A stretch of DNA of 53,560 nucleotides from Promethearchaeota archaeon (GTDB lineage: Archaea; Asgardarchaeota; Lokiarchaeia; Sigyniarchaeales; SOKP01), in contig JAUVNS010000023.1 in assembly GCA_030599585.1 (NCBI GenBank), positions 1-53,560 of the forward strand, read 5' to 3'. The notes under the pieces were generated by a model that ran no database searches, was not told where the DNA came from, and saw nothing but the letters and a program-made list of their open reading frames with translations. Below, one piece after another: positions 19,187 through 30,041 of the stretch. The first letter of the stretch is position 1; the number at the start of each line of letters is the position of its first letter. A program made the position numbers and the translations under genes.

Positions 19187-19933
19187 TTTTTACCCCTCGT
19201 TTCCAAGAAATCTTCGTATATCAGCTCTACTTCGTTTTTAACGCCTTTTTTGCGCTTGACTCGAGAAGATTCGAGTTCTAATTCTTCTTGGGCTATTAAA
19301 TTGTCTAAATCGAACGGTTCCTTTGCGTTTGCAATGTACGCCTTTACCATCTTTTCGGGAGTTGATTGCTCCTTTTCGAAAGTGCTTACTACCGAATGGT
19401 TAAACAACGTATACGGAAAAGTACACCCGAAAGAAATTACTTGAAGCCAATATCCAGGACCAAGGGAGTAATACAAAGTAAGTTCTAATTCGTAATCGTA
19501 ATAGACCATAAAAGGATAATATAAGTCGTTTGGCAATAGAAAAAACAACGGGAACACCAAGACAAAAAAAACCAACCAACGTCACCAACGAGAGAGTAAT
19601 AAAGCCAAACCTTTTAACTTTTACCAAGTCATCTCCTTTTTCTACGTCGTGAAAAAGTGTTGAATAGGCAGAAAGGAAAATTATTATTACAAGAATTATC
19701 GCGATGACAACGGGCATAGTAGCGTTCTGAGGTTGGTAATGGCTATTAAACGCGTTTGCTTCCGTAAACGGAGTGCTCCACCCGAACAGAACGTTGTAAA
19801 CCCACGAGGTGATGGTCGCTCCGCTATCGAGTACTCCTTGAAAGTAATACCAATCCAAAAAAACGGAGGCAAAACTAAAGATAAGGCCAACTAAAAAAAT
19901 TATTTTATATCCTGATTTTATATTTATCGACAT
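19183..19933 (-). CDS. Multi-pass membrane protein split by a +1 frameshift in a T8 run (about 249 aa if corrected)
   Basis: Removing one T from GGTTTTTTTTGTC (A8 at 19564-19571) joins ...LVTLVG-FFVLVFPLFFLLP... into a continuous TM helix. Confidence 0.7.
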
Positions 19934-19983
19934 ATTGCGTTACGCTCTATTTATTTTCACTTGGAGGGTAAAATAGACGAGAA

Positions 19984-20000
19984 TTTATAAAGAAAAAAAA
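19984..20000 (-). promoter_or_regulatory. Pyrimidine-BRE class promoter of the 4-gene membrane/ATPase operon
   Basis: Minus strand TTTTTTTTCTTTATAAA in a divergent region. Confidence 0.6.
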
Positions 20001-20093
20001 ATATAAAGACATAAAAATACAAAAGAAATTAAATTCAGCGTTAAGGTTTGCTACGCTTCTTAAAGTGTTTACCTTTAGAGTTGTATTACTATC

Positions 20094-21377
20094 ATGAAAG
20101 ACTTAAAAAATCAAGATAAAATCGATATAGAAGAGAAGCAAGATAAAGAAGAGGAATTTATAACGGAAAAGAAAATCCGTTTTGTAAATATAAAAAATTT
20201 CTTCATAGACTTATCTGAATCGTCAAAAGAAACTTATAAACCCTTAGGTAAGTTTATAAAAACGCTATCCAACAAAGCAAAAATTGCGTTTAGCGTAATG
20301 CTCGCCGTTTTAATACTTTATTGGATAACCTCAATATGTTTGGGTTTCACTTTTGAAGTGTATTTTTTGAACCTTCAGTATTTTGCTGATAGTTACTTGA
20401 TATTCTTTATGCCGTATTCTTACTATCTGTTTAAAAAAATACCCGAAGAATTTAACAGCATCGTTAATGACATTACTACGTTTTTTAGCCCTACAGAGCT
20501 TGAAGAAATCGATTTAGATCAAATTACCAAGAAAAAGCGTATAAGATTTATATTCCCTAGTTTGCTTGGTGGTGCTTTATTTATTTTATCCGCTTGCTAT
20601 CTCTTCTTGCGCAATGCAGATTTAGGTTTTATACTTTGGGGGAAATTTCAATTGTATTTTGACCCATCACAAATTTGTATGGTTCGAGCATATATTTTAT
20701 TGGTTTCTTTTATGATTGGGTGGCTAGGATTTTTTGGATTTTACGCGATAGTTAGATATTGGACAATATCAAAAAATATCTCTAAATTTAGGAAAATTAA
20801 ATTTGAGATCACTCTCCAAAACTTAAGACCTAAATTAAAAGATACCTTCCGGTTGATAAATTTCAAAAAAATTTTTCATAATCACTTGAAAAGAACGTTT
20901 CAACTAAGTATGTTATGTTATCCGTTATTTGTAATTGGCGTTATGTATTCTTATTTGTTCGGTTTTGGAGAGGCTGGTTTGCTTTATCAAGTCATCGGAG
21001 GTGGTTTATGTGTTTTAATTCTAATTAGATACCTAGCAACAGGTAAAAAATTAAAGAGAAAAATTGACGAAAAAAAAAATAAAATTTTATTAGAAATTCA
21101 AGTAAAAATAAACAAATTCGATTTATTAGATGGACAAGAAGCAAAAGATATGTTTTATATTCAAAAAAGCTATGATAGATTAATAAATCTAGCCGTTGTA
21201 AAAAAAGTCCCACTTACAAACATTGCAATTTTAATTTCCATGATCTCTTTAATTATTATCTCAGTGAATATTTTTGCTCCAAACTTAGAGTATCTTTATA
21301 GCATGATTGTTTTTTACGTATCAATCGTTTTTATGATTTATTTTATAATGTATTTTAAAGTAAAGTTAAGCAACTAA
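20094..21377 (+). CDS. Polytopic membrane protein (accessory)
   Basis: About 8 hydrophobic segments, very AT-rich. Confidence 0.7.
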   Translation: MKDLKNQDKIDIEEKQDKEEEFITEKKIRFVNIKNFFIDLSESSKETYKPLGKFIKTLSNKAKIAFSVMLAVLILYWITSICLGFTFEVYFLNLQYFADSYLIFFMPYSYYLFKKIPEEFNSIVNDITTFFSPTELEEIDLDQITKKKRIRFIFPSLLGGALFILSACYLFLRNADLGFILWGKFQLYFDPSQICMVRAYILLVSFMIGWLGFFGFYAIVRYWTISKNISKFRKIKFEITLQNLRPKLKDTFRLINFKKIFHNHLKRTFQLSMLCYPLFVIGVMYSYLFGFGEAGLLYQVIGGGLCVLILIRYLATGKKLKRKIDEKKNKILLEIQVKINKFDLLDGQEAKDMFYIQKSYDRLINLAVVKKVPLTNIAILISMISLIIISVNIFAPNLEYLYSMIVFYVSIVFMIYFIMYFKVKLSN

Positions 21378-21402
21378 GAAATGTTTGTTTTTAAAATTTA
21401 GA

Positions 21403-23208
21403 TTAGTCTTCCAAAAACGAGGAGTATTTACCGCCGTATTTAGTTGGCGAAGGAGTAGCAATTTGAGTTTCTACTTGCTCAGTCTCGAACAAACTTTTTA
21501 ATTTGGGCTCGCTTCGCTTCGCGTCAATGTTATTTTTTAAAGATTTAGCTTCGACTCGTTCAATTACTCCATAGGACGCTTCTTTTCCTAAACATTCGTA
21601 TCCAAACTGAGTTATCAATTCGTCCGTCAGCTCTTCCTTAAGATCGAGTAAGTCGATCTCGCTAAATTCCAAAGTTTGTTGGTAGTAAGGAGTTTTAAAT
21701 TGAACTTTGAATTCTTTTTTAGTCTTGTACGCTTTAAAATACAAGAACGCGAGCAAAGAGAGGTAAATCCCTAAGACAGCGAACCCAATCGTGTTAAACA
21801 ACCGTAATAAGAAATATATTTTTGCAAAATAGAGAACTAAAAGCGCTACTGAATATCCGAAAATAGGAATTGAGATGTATCTTACGCGAGAACTAAGTTC
21901 GACTTCTGATTTCCGATAATCTTTTATTGAGCTCGTTTTTTTCGTTCTTTTTTCTATCATTTTATATTTCTTCTCTAAAAACTTGACCAAAGGGGGTAAA
22001 TCGGAGCGAACTACGGCGTGGAGGTTCGAGGTTCTTTGATACGGAAAGACCAGCGATTTTTCCATGCTTTTAGGCGGAGCGTTGCAAACTAAGATAGGTT
22101 CGATAACGACTTTGTATTGCGTGGTTCCAGAAAGAAACACCAAATTTTTGTTTCCGAGGTTTTTTTCCGAGCGTAAATCTAGTTGTAAGTATTTTTGGAA
22201 GAACTGAAGGATAGAGGTTCCATTCAGGACGTTTTCTTGCATCTTATCTCTGATTTGTAACAAATTCTGAGTAATTAATTTTACATCGTTGTGAACTCCA
22301 GAAACTCTGTTGTTCGGATAAGCTTTCGATTCTATTTTGGTTTCGCCAACCAATACCGTTCCTTTTGCGTCGAACCGCTTCACAGGGAACAAAAACAGAA
22401 TTATAAGGTTATCTGAAGCTTCCACCAACCTACACCCGAGATAGTCGAGGTTCTTAGTAAATTGGTTTAACGATTCTAAAGAGCTTGGGATTTCGTAGCA
22501 CCCAACATCCTTAAATGTGTCGCTAACGATATTTTCGAAAGTACTATCTCTAAAACTTTCAAAATTTACATTCTTTTGTTCCGCTAGGTTAGATTCTATA
22601 GGCTCTTCTTCTGTTGAGCTTTTCGATTCCGGTTGATTTTGTTGTATTTGTATTTCAGGAATAATTTCTTGTGAATACTTTTCTTCTTCGTATTCGTTTT
22701 CCTGTTCTATCTCTGGTTGAGTATCAAATTCAATACTGTTCGCTAATTGAATTGTTTTTGGTTCAATACTAATAACTTTTTCTTCTTCCTCAAAAGCTTC
22801 AGTTTGGGATTGATAAAACGCTTCTTCTAGTTCAGGTATGGTGTCCTCGTTAATTTCTTCGGGCACATCTACGATTACTTCTTCAACTTCGTATTTTTCA
22901 ATAGAATCTGGTACGGAGTTTTTTTTCATTGCGTCAGGAATTTGAGTAGTCTCGCTTACATCGCTTTCTTTTTGAGAACTCTCCAAGTAATTTTTAGCCG
23001 CAGTAATGAATTTTGTGGCGGTAGCTAAGCCAATTCCTGGAGTTTCCGAAAGTCGTTCAGGAGTCATCTCGGCAATTTGTCTTACAGATACAATTTTAGC
23101 GTTATACAATTTCTCGGCGGTTGTCGTCCCGATTCCTTTGATCTTGGTTAGATCCGCTCTGGAAAGTTCAACAACTACACTTTCTTGGGTTCCATATACA
23201 TCTGTCAT
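21403..23208 (-). CDS. Helix-hairpin-helix DNA-binding protein with acidic linker and 2 TM helices
   Basis: LTKIKGIGTTTAEKL...LSETPGIGLATATKF (tandem HhH, RadA-NTD-like), a Glu-rich linker, and a TM pair near the C-terminus. Confidence 0.75.
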   Translation of the reverse strand: MTDVYGTQESVVVELSRADLTKIKGIGTTTAEKLYNAKIVSVRQIAEMTPERLSETPGIGLATATKFITAAKNYLESSQKESDVSETTQIPDAMKKNSVPDSIEKYEVEEVIVDVPEEINEDTIPELEEAFYQSQTEAFEEEEKVISIEPKTIQLANSIEFDTQPEIEQENEYEEEKYSQEIIPEIQIQQNQPESKSSTEEEPIESNLAEQKNVNFESFRDSTFENIVSDTFKDVGCYEIPSSLESLNQFTKNLDYLGCRLVEASDNLIILFLFPVKRFDAKGTVLVGETKIESKAYPNNRVSGVHNDVKLITQNLLQIRDKMQENVLNGTSILQFFQKYLQLDLRSEKNLGNKNLVFLSGTTQYKVVIEPILVCNAPPKSMEKSLVFPYQRTSNLHAVVRSDLPPLVKFLEKKYKMIEKRTKKTSSIKDYRKSEVELSSRVRYISIPIFGYSVALLVLYFAKIYFLLRLFNTIGFAVLGIYLSLLAFLYFKAYKTKKEFKVQFKTPYYQQTLEFSEIDLLDLKEELTDELITQFGYECLGKEASYGVIERVEAKSLKNNIDAKRSEPKLKSLFETEQVETQIATPSPTKYGGKYSSFLED

Positions 23209-23236
23209 AGGGATCGATACGGGTAGAATGTAGCTT

Positions 23237-23251
23237 TATTTAAAGAAAAAA
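23237..23251 (-). promoter_or_regulatory. Pyrimidine-BRE class promoter
   Basis: Minus strand TTTTTTCTTTAAATA, about 36 nt before ATG, in a divergent region. Confidence 0.6.
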
Positions 23252-23305
23252 GTTATTTTCTAATTTTTTAGTGGTATTTTTAGACTCGTTATAAAAAATA
23301 TTACT

Positions 23306-23956
23306 ATGACAGATAATACCATAAGAATTGAAGTAAAACCATCATACATGAGAAAAGACAAAGGAAGTTTCCTAATTATCCCCAAAAGATTTAGACATCT
23401 TATGCCATCCAAATCTACTGATCTCAAAATTAAAGGATTAGGAGAAAACAATCATTACGAAGTTAAATATTATAGAGTTTCTGGGGTAACTAATTGGTAT
23501 AAAGAAAATAACGTAACACCTGGAACGATAATCTTTTTAATAAGAAGTAAGGACGAATACGAACTGGAAGCGTATTCGAAGAAACTTGATAAAAAAGCAA
23601 TAACAGGCTATAAAGAAATATTGTACGAGTTGTTTAGGCCAATGCCTTATAGCGATATGATAGCATACGATAAATTAGAAGGTGATTATGTAAACTCTTC
23701 AAATATAAAGTTCAAAGATCTAAAAGAAGAAATGATATATTTAGAAACGCTCTCATATCCTTTTAAATTCTTTTCGTTCAAAGCAAATTTTAAAATTTTA
23801 GCAAAATCTTCCTATTTTATGAAAAAGAAATTAAGATTGTTTTCGGTTATAAATTATCTTGTCGTTAATTTTGTTGGATTTGTATTAGGGCTTACCTTTA
23901 CCACTTTATTAAAATTCTTTACCAATTTATTAAAATTGTGGGGAATTCTTATTTAA
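23306..23956 (+). CDS. Hypothetical protein with possible B3/AbrB-like beta-barrel N-domain and C-terminal TM
   Basis: IEVKPSY...LIIPK...RVSGVTNWYKENNVTPGTIIFL pattern, hydrophobic C-terminus. Confidence 0.5.
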   Translation: MTDNTIRIEVKPSYMRKDKGSFLIIPKRFRHLMPSKSTDLKIKGLGENNHYEVKYYRVSGVTNWYKENNVTPGTIIFLIRSKDEYELEAYSKKLDKKAITGYKEILYELFRPMPYSDMIAYDKLEGDYVNSSNIKFKDLKEEMIYLETLSYPFKFFSFKANFKILAKSSYFMKKKLRLFSVINYLVVNFVGFVLGLTFTTLLKFFTNLLKLWGILI

Positions 23957-24049
23957 CTATTATTTACTCATGTCTCTTTTTTATTTTTCGCAAAAATTGA
24001 ATTAAAAAAATACAATAAACTATCTTTAAAAAAAAAGTAAAGAACTTTA

Positions 24050-25360
24050 TTATTCTACTGAAGAAGGATCTTCTTCATTAGTATGCTCATTTCCTTCATC
24101 TATTACTCTTATTACACTAATACTTTTAAAAACAGTCCCATCAATTAGTTGGCCTAAAATGTTTATTTCAACGACTTCTCCGGGGGTGACTGATGACTGA
24201 ACCCTAGTCCTATCAAACTTTAACATTAAATCTGGTATTCCATCATTATCATAGTCCCCAACAGAAGTAGGTTTAGATTCTGCGAGAATATTCTCCATAA
24301 GATATACTGTGCTTAAGTCAATGCTAGTAACATCATATCCCACAGGAAGCTCTATATATACTGTAACCCATTTACCTTTACTTTTAATATTTAAAGTATT
24401 AGGATCGAAGTCAAAACTAGCTTCGATATGAGGGCTCCAACTATCAATCGCGCCGCCGCCTCGATTACCTCCCATTGCGTAGATTCTTCCATTCAAACCT
24501 ACAGTGGCAGCACATCCAGTGCGAGCTAGTATCATAGGGGGGCCAATAGTCCATTGTTCTGTTTTTGTATCAAATATTTTCACTTCCTGACTCCCTACTC
24601 CCGAATTTCCACCCAAAATATAAAATACATCATCATAGATTACACCCTCCTCTTCACACGTTATAAAAGGTCCAGATGTCTTAGGAATCCAATTATCAGT
24701 AATAGGATCGTATTCCCCAATATTATCCGTATAACCACCGATAACCCAAATTTTATTATCAGAAGTCATCCCCACAACAGCTCCCCAACGGGTGGTTGCC
24801 ATTAAATTTGGTTTTTTTTGCCAAGTATCACTCCATGGGTCATACACAAACACTCGGTTATCAGGTTTTCCGGTAAAACCCCCAAAACAGTAAATCTTTC
24901 CATCTATCCATGTTGCTGCTGCAGAGAAGACAAAAAAAGGCGCATATGGAAAGGGGTTTTTAGTAATCCAGATATCTGTTATAGGATCATAGGCTTCGAT
25001 AATATTAGTGTCTATAACACTATAATAACCCTCTTTAACACGACGCCCTCCCATGCAATAAATTAATCCATCTCCTCCTATTGCTACTGTCATTGCCTCT
25101 CTGGGAGTAAGCATATCAGCACCTCTTGTAACGGTTCCTGCTTCTGGATCAAAAATTTCAACAGCACCACATATTCCCACCTTCCAGCCCGGAACTCCAC
25201 CTCCACCAAAAAGATATACTTTTCCATCAGTAAAAGTTATAGCATTAGCGTACCCCCGTCGAATTGTAGAAACTCCCGGTTCAAGACGCCACTCATTAGT
25301 GATTGCTGTAGCTCGCACTGCCATAATTGTTAAGACAAGTATAGTTAAAATATTGAGCAA
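24050..25360 (-). CDS. Secreted Kelch-repeat beta-propeller protein
   Basis: Signal-like N-terminus, six GxIYxxGG...YDPxxxxW repeats, C-terminal PNTLNIKSKGKW...GDYDNDGIPDLMLKFDR domain. Start codon uncertain. Confidence 0.85.
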   Translation of the reverse strand: MLNILTILVLTIMAVRATAITNEWRLEPGVSTIRRGYANAITFTDGKVYLFGGGGVPGWKVGICGAVEIFDPEAGTVTRGADMLTPREAMTVAIGGDGLIYCMGGRRVKEGYYSVIDTNIIEAYDPITDIWITKNPFPYAPFFVFSAAATWIDGKIYCFGGFTGKPDNRVFVYDPWSDTWQKKPNLMATTRWGAVVGMTSDNKIWVIGGYTDNIGEYDPITDNWIPKTSGPFITCEEEGVIYDDVFYILGGNSGVGSQEVKIFDTKTEQWTIGPPMILARTGCAATVGLNGRIYAMGGNRGGGAIDSWSPHIEASFDFDPNTLNIKSKGKWVTVYIELPVGYDVTSIDLSTVYLMENILAESKPTSVGDYDNDGIPDLMLKFDRTRVQSSVTPGEVVEINILGQLIDGTVFKSISVIRVIDEGNEHTNEEDPSSVE

Positions 25361-25771
25361 TAAACTAATTTTTATTGTTTTTTTCAGATTATTTATCTCA
25401 AATCACTCTCTTTTAGGTTAGATATATTAAATTTCACTTTCACTTTAACAAAAATTACTCATTGAATTCGAGATCAAAACTGATCAATGGATAATTATCA
25501 TGTTTAACTATTTAACATTTTTGTATAAACCTTCCTCTCTTTTTTATTTATATAGATACGAAAAATAGCTATAGTATGGTTTTTACCAACTCACCACCAA
25601 GAAATTCTATTCAATTTTTCATCTTCATTGGACTCTGGAAAATTTTTTTAAATTTTTTTTTTTAATTTGTAAAATCACTTTCTTTTTCTTGCATTGTTTG
25701 GTCGGTAAGCCGGTAAAAACCTCTTTCTTTTTCTTTTCTAATTATTTAGTTTTTTTTATTTATTCCCTAAG

Positions 25772-25786
25772 TTTTTCCTTTAAATT
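25772..25786 (+). promoter_or_regulatory. Pyrimidine-BRE class promoter
   Basis: TTTTTCCTTTAAATT upstream of the helicase. Confidence 0.5.
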
Positions 25787-25850
25787 TGCTCAAATCTAAC
25801 AAATGTAATGCAAAAAAACAATTTGAGGAGTAACAAATAAATCACGAACC

Positions 25851-28382
25851 ATGTCTCTTACTAACTATACCGACGCAAAAAATTCGCCAGATGAGGATGG
25901 AACGGAGGAAGAAATATTTGAATACGTTCAAGACGAGCGTATCCTTCGAGTATTGTTCGAGCAAAAGATATTTAAGCTCCGACAAATCCAAAAAGAAGCG
26001 ATCCAGAAAGGTCTTTTCTTTCGAAAGTCGTTCCTCGTAAGCGCACCCTCGGGAAGCGGTAAAACTCTGATAGGAGAAATTAGCGCCGTAAACAACGTGT
26101 TCCAAAAGTTTGGCAAATCGATTTATTTAGTCCCCTATAAAGCTCTCGCAACCGAAAAATACGTCCATTTTAAGAAAGCGTACGAGCGATTCGGCGTTAA
26201 AACCGAGTTATCGATAGGAGATTACGATGTGGACGATTCTCGGTTGGCTAAAGCAGATATTATCGTAACTACTTACGAGAAAATGGATTCGATTTTACGA
26301 AACTTCAGCGAAAAGGAATGGATTATCGACATCTCGACTATTATAATCGACGAAATCCATATTTTAGGGGAATCGAGCGGTTCTCGTGGTCCACGATTAG
26401 AGTCGTTAATCGTGAGACTGAACGAGTTCTTACACCAACCGCAACTAATAGGACTTTCGGCAACCATAAAAAATCCCCAATTTTTTAACGAGTGGCTCTC
26501 TTCACTTGGTAATAGTTCGACGCTTATAATATCCGATGCCCGACCCGTTCCTTTACATTATAGCGTAGATATAACCCAGAACAAAGACTCTACGATAAAA
26601 AAAATTATTAAAACAACTTTAGTAGATAGGGGGCAAATCCTAGTTTTTTTAAACAGGAGAAAATCTACGCAGCAAACCGCTCGAAACCTCAAAAATTTGG
26701 TGAAGACTCAATTATCCGAAGCCGAGCTAAAAGCGTGTAGGAAGATAGAAGAAAAGCTCAATAAAATTAAAGGAAGGCACGTAGAACTTAAAAAGGCGGT
26801 TAAGTGTGGTATAGCGTTCCATCACGCCGGGTTGCTTCCGAAGGAACGAAAACTCGTAGAAGATGGGTATCGAAAACACGTGATTAAAGTTATTTGCTGT
26901 ACAACTACCTTAAGTGCCGGCATTAACGTGCCTGCAAGAGTAGTAGTAGTCAAAGATTTCAAGAGATATGTGACCTCAGGGCATAACATTAAAAATTTCT
27001 CTGGTTATTACGAGAACGGAGATGGCTTCTCTTATTTCATGCCTTTCTCGGCTAATTCCGTGTTCCAAATGCTCGGTAGGGCGGGGAGACCGGGGCTTGA
27101 CTTAGAAGGGTTTGGTTATTTACTTGCAAAGAATGTAGACGAAAGGGATTGGATCGAGGATCATTACTTCCAAAACGCCCATACTACGGATTCCTACGTT
27201 CCTAAATACAACGATTTAATTTCGGGGCTCAACAAACTTAACACCTTGAAAGAACAAGTTCTTTTACGAATTTACGAGGAAAAAAATATGACCTTGGACA
27301 AGCTAAAAGATTTTTTCCAGAAAACCTTTTTTTGGTTCAGCATAAAAGATAAGATGTCAAAAGAACAAATACCGATAGATCAACTCTTAATGATTAAAGA
27401 AATAACTCCTGCAAACATTCTCAAACTTCACTCAGATCCAGAAAAAGTTAAGAAACTAGGTATTAGGCGTTACCAAATTAAGATCACCAAACTCACGAAA
27501 TCTAACGTGTCGGGATACATAAAGACCGATTTTGGAGTCTTTTTTACCGAGTTCGATGTTGACGTGGGAATACGATGTTCGTGCGGGTTCGAAAACGGTC
27601 TGTCAAACAATTACTCTAACGAGCAATTTTCGTTCGAGTTCTGCGACCATATTACCGCTTTTTTGCTCCACTTGATTCAAATCCCCGATAAAAACTTTCA
27701 AAAATACGTGGAAGATATCGTTCCTAAGTCGGTTAAGAACCAATACGTGCTCAACTATCTTTTTGAAAAAGGGTTAATTGTAAAGAGGGATAACGGCACC
27801 ATAAAATGTTCGCAGTTCGGAAAGCTCATCATAAGACTTTACCTTTATCCCGTTTCAGGAGTTTTAATACGATACAAGCTCGAAAACGCCGCGATTGAAA
27901 CCTACCAAGACGTAATTAAGGAAGCGTACGAGGTACTTAAATCGGAAATGAAGGTTCGGAACTACAAGTTACTCCAACCCATTTTAGAATGGTGCGACGA
28001 AGAACCAATCGACGACATTTTAGAAAGGCACAAGATAATGGCGGGCGATCTTTACACCATCAAAGATAACTTAGAACGCATTATAACGTTTATTGGAATT
28101 ATTGCGGTCCATTTAAGCGAGTCAGATCGAGACATAGCTGAGGCTATGGTTAAAGTAGCGGAGATGTCCGAGACGCTCAAAATTAGGGTGCATTACGGCA
28201 TTAGCGAGGAATTGTTTGATTTAGTCTTAAGATTGGACAATGTAGCAAGAGTAAGAGCGAGAATGTTGTATAACGCCGGTTATCACACCGCCACGAAGGT
28301 AAAAAGAGAAAATCCCTACGTATTAAATCGAAAGACGGGCTTAGGGATTAACTTGTGTAAGAAAATTGTTAAAGCCAAGTAA
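25851..28382 (+). CDS. Ski2-like/Hel308(Hjm)-family SF2 helicase with inserted SWIM zinc finger
   Basis: APSGSGKT, DEIH, GLSAT, AFHHAGL, TTTLSAGINVPA, QMLGRAGRPG; CSC...CDH (SWIM); C-terminal RVRARMLYNAG and HhH. Confidence 0.9.
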   Translation: MSLTNYTDAKNSPDEDGTEEEIFEYVQDERILRVLFEQKIFKLRQIQKEAIQKGLFFRKSFLVSAPSGSGKTLIGEISAVNNVFQKFGKSIYLVPYKALATEKYVHFKKAYERFGVKTELSIGDYDVDDSRLAKADIIVTTYEKMDSILRNFSEKEWIIDISTIIIDEIHILGESSGSRGPRLESLIVRLNEFLHQPQLIGLSATIKNPQFFNEWLSSLGNSSTLIISDARPVPLHYSVDITQNKDSTIKKIIKTTLVDRGQILVFLNRRKSTQQTARNLKNLVKTQLSEAELKACRKIEEKLNKIKGRHVELKKAVKCGIAFHHAGLLPKERKLVEDGYRKHVIKVICCTTTLSAGINVPARVVVVKDFKRYVTSGHNIKNFSGYYENGDGFSYFMPFSANSVFQMLGRAGRPGLDLEGFGYLLAKNVDERDWIEDHYFQNAHTTDSYVPKYNDLISGLNKLNTLKEQVLLRIYEEKNMTLDKLKDFFQKTFFWFSIKDKMSKEQIPIDQLLMIKEITPANILKLHSDPEKVKKLGIRRYQIKITKLTKSNVSGYIKTDFGVFFTEFDVDVGIRCSCGFENGLSNNYSNEQFSFEFCDHITAFLLHLIQIPDKNFQKYVEDIVPKSVKNQYVLNYLFEKGLIVKRDNGTIKCSQFGKLIIRLYLYPVSGVLIRYKLENAAIETYQDVIKEAYEVLKSEMKVRNYKLLQPILEWCDEEPIDDILERHKIMAGDLYTIKDNLERIITFIGIIAVHLSESDRDIAEAMVKVAEMSETLKIRVHYGISEELFDLVLRLDNVARVRARMLYNAGYHTATKVKRENPYVLNRKTGLGINLCKKIVKAK

Positions 28383-28388
28383 AACTAT

Positions 28389-29408
28389 TTATCTATTAGA
28401 ATGCTTCTTAACAATATATCTTGTTTCATTACTAACCCGAAATTTTTCATGACATTGAGGACATATAGCACCTACACATCTATCATCGTTCCCATTTTCT
28501 CCAGTTAAATATGCATCGAATTGTTCAACAGAATCACCTACCCAACATCCACAAACAACACATTCATTCTCCATTGACATATACCAGAGGTCTTTCTGAG
28601 TGACATTAAATATTTCCCTTATTTTTTTAGCAATGGGATTAATAGCTTCTACTTCTTTGATATGACATTGATAACAAATCTCGAATTTAGGATTTCGGTA
28701 ATTTTGATTACATTTTTCACAGAGAATTTGTCCCCTTTTATGTGCGTAGTGGCATCTTTTACAAACAACTGAAACCTCTGTCATATCTGAATAATTTTTG
28801 GTTAAGATTTCAATTTGTTTTTTATAATCTTTAATCGTCTCGTCGTAAATCTGAGGCAATAATATTCCAATCAGCTTAAAAGAAGCTTGCTGGGCAATAT
28901 AACTGAGGTTTTGGATGATATTGCGTTCTGGTTTTTCTCCTCCTGATCCAAAATTTTGTAATGCCTTCAATTTTTTTATTGTATTCTTTTTCCCGCTTTT
29001 TCCTGCTTTTTCCTTGTAAAATTTAATAGAATTCCTTAGTCCTAATTTATTTTCAAAGGAAAGAAATTCTTCGACCCAATCTTCTCGTTCAGGTTCAGCC
29101 TTTATAAAATTTTGAACCCTTTTCATTAAAAGATCTCCCCATATTTTTTCGTAAGTGCGGGAATTGATTTCTTGATTATGATGAATTGAAAACGGTTCTT
29201 TTTCACTTCCACACCATTCGCACTGATTTCCTCTTTCTTTAATAGTTTTTTTTCTATTCTCTCTCCAAATTTTTCTTCTCCGTACTAGTTGGTGTGGAAA
29301 CGATTGTTTTTTGTACATATAAGGAGCGCAATTTGTGCAGAGAGGTGATAGAGGGTGCTCTTTTGTATCCCCACAGATAATACAAATATTTGGTTTTTGT
29401 CTTTTCAT
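28389..29408 (-). CDS. Multi-zinc-finger, HNH-like protein
   Basis: CEWCGS...SIHH...VCKRCH plus several further CxxC pairs. Confidence 0.55.
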   Translation of the reverse strand: MKRQKPNICIICGDTKEHPLSPLCTNCAPYMYKKQSFPHQLVRRRKIWRENRKKTIKERGNQCEWCGSEKEPFSIHHNQEINSRTYEKIWGDLLMKRVQNFIKAEPEREDWVEEFLSFENKLGLRNSIKFYKEKAGKSGKKNTIKKLKALQNFGSGGEKPERNIIQNLSYIAQQASFKLIGILLPQIYDETIKDYKKQIEILTKNYSDMTEVSVVCKRCHYAHKRGQILCEKCNQNYRNPKFEICYQCHIKEVEAINPIAKKIREIFNVTQKDLWYMSMENECVVCGCWVGDSVEQFDAYLTGENGNDDRCVGAICPQCHEKFRVSNETRYIVKKHSNR

Positions 29409-30041
29409 AATTTTTTACGGAATATTATTGATAGAGACAAAAAAGTAATACAACCATTTAAATATAATCTATAAGAACATATTATTGTTATGCCAAATTG
29501 TTATGTTCTTAGCAATTTTTTATTTTATAGGTTGTAAAATAGAGTAAAACCATTGCTCAATTAAAATTGATATATTCTTTCTTACTTATATTGTTCTTGT
29601 TCTTGTTTTTTAACGATATTACTGTTAACTTCATAGCCCAAATGATAAAAAACTACTAAACTTAGATTTAAAGCGAATTTGCGTTTATTCTATCTACCTT
29701 TTCGATTGATCAGGTACAAGATCGTTAGGAGAAAAAAAAGCAGCACAATTCAATTCATTAGGTCTATATGCTGCAAAACTATCTTTAAAAATCTCATCGG
29801 TTTTGGATATTGTCTTGAGAAAAAGAATTGTATGTGAATATACATGAATACAAATGTTAATATCAATAGTGTAAAATATGTTCTTTATCTTCTTTTCTTA
29901 ATTTTTCATAATAATCTCGGTTTTTTGTAATCAGATCTTCCACTGATTCGAAAACTTCCGATTTTCAAAATTTCCCTATTTGAACGAAATTCCATAATTA
30001 AAAAAAAAAGATTTTTAATTGGATAATACTTTTGACGTTTC

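Noticed and set aside
19400-19575. Second BHB intron at the membrane-gene frameshift
   Set aside because: Deleting a single T restores the protein, and no BHB pairing is visible.
26960-27055. In-frame intron in the helicase between motifs V and VI
   Set aside because: There is some local complementarity, but I could not build a BHB. The frame is open, so it is probably a protein loop insertion.
29690-29996. Possible degraded ORF on the minus strand
   Set aside because: Fragmentary frames with no recognisable homology, so it cannot be supported.
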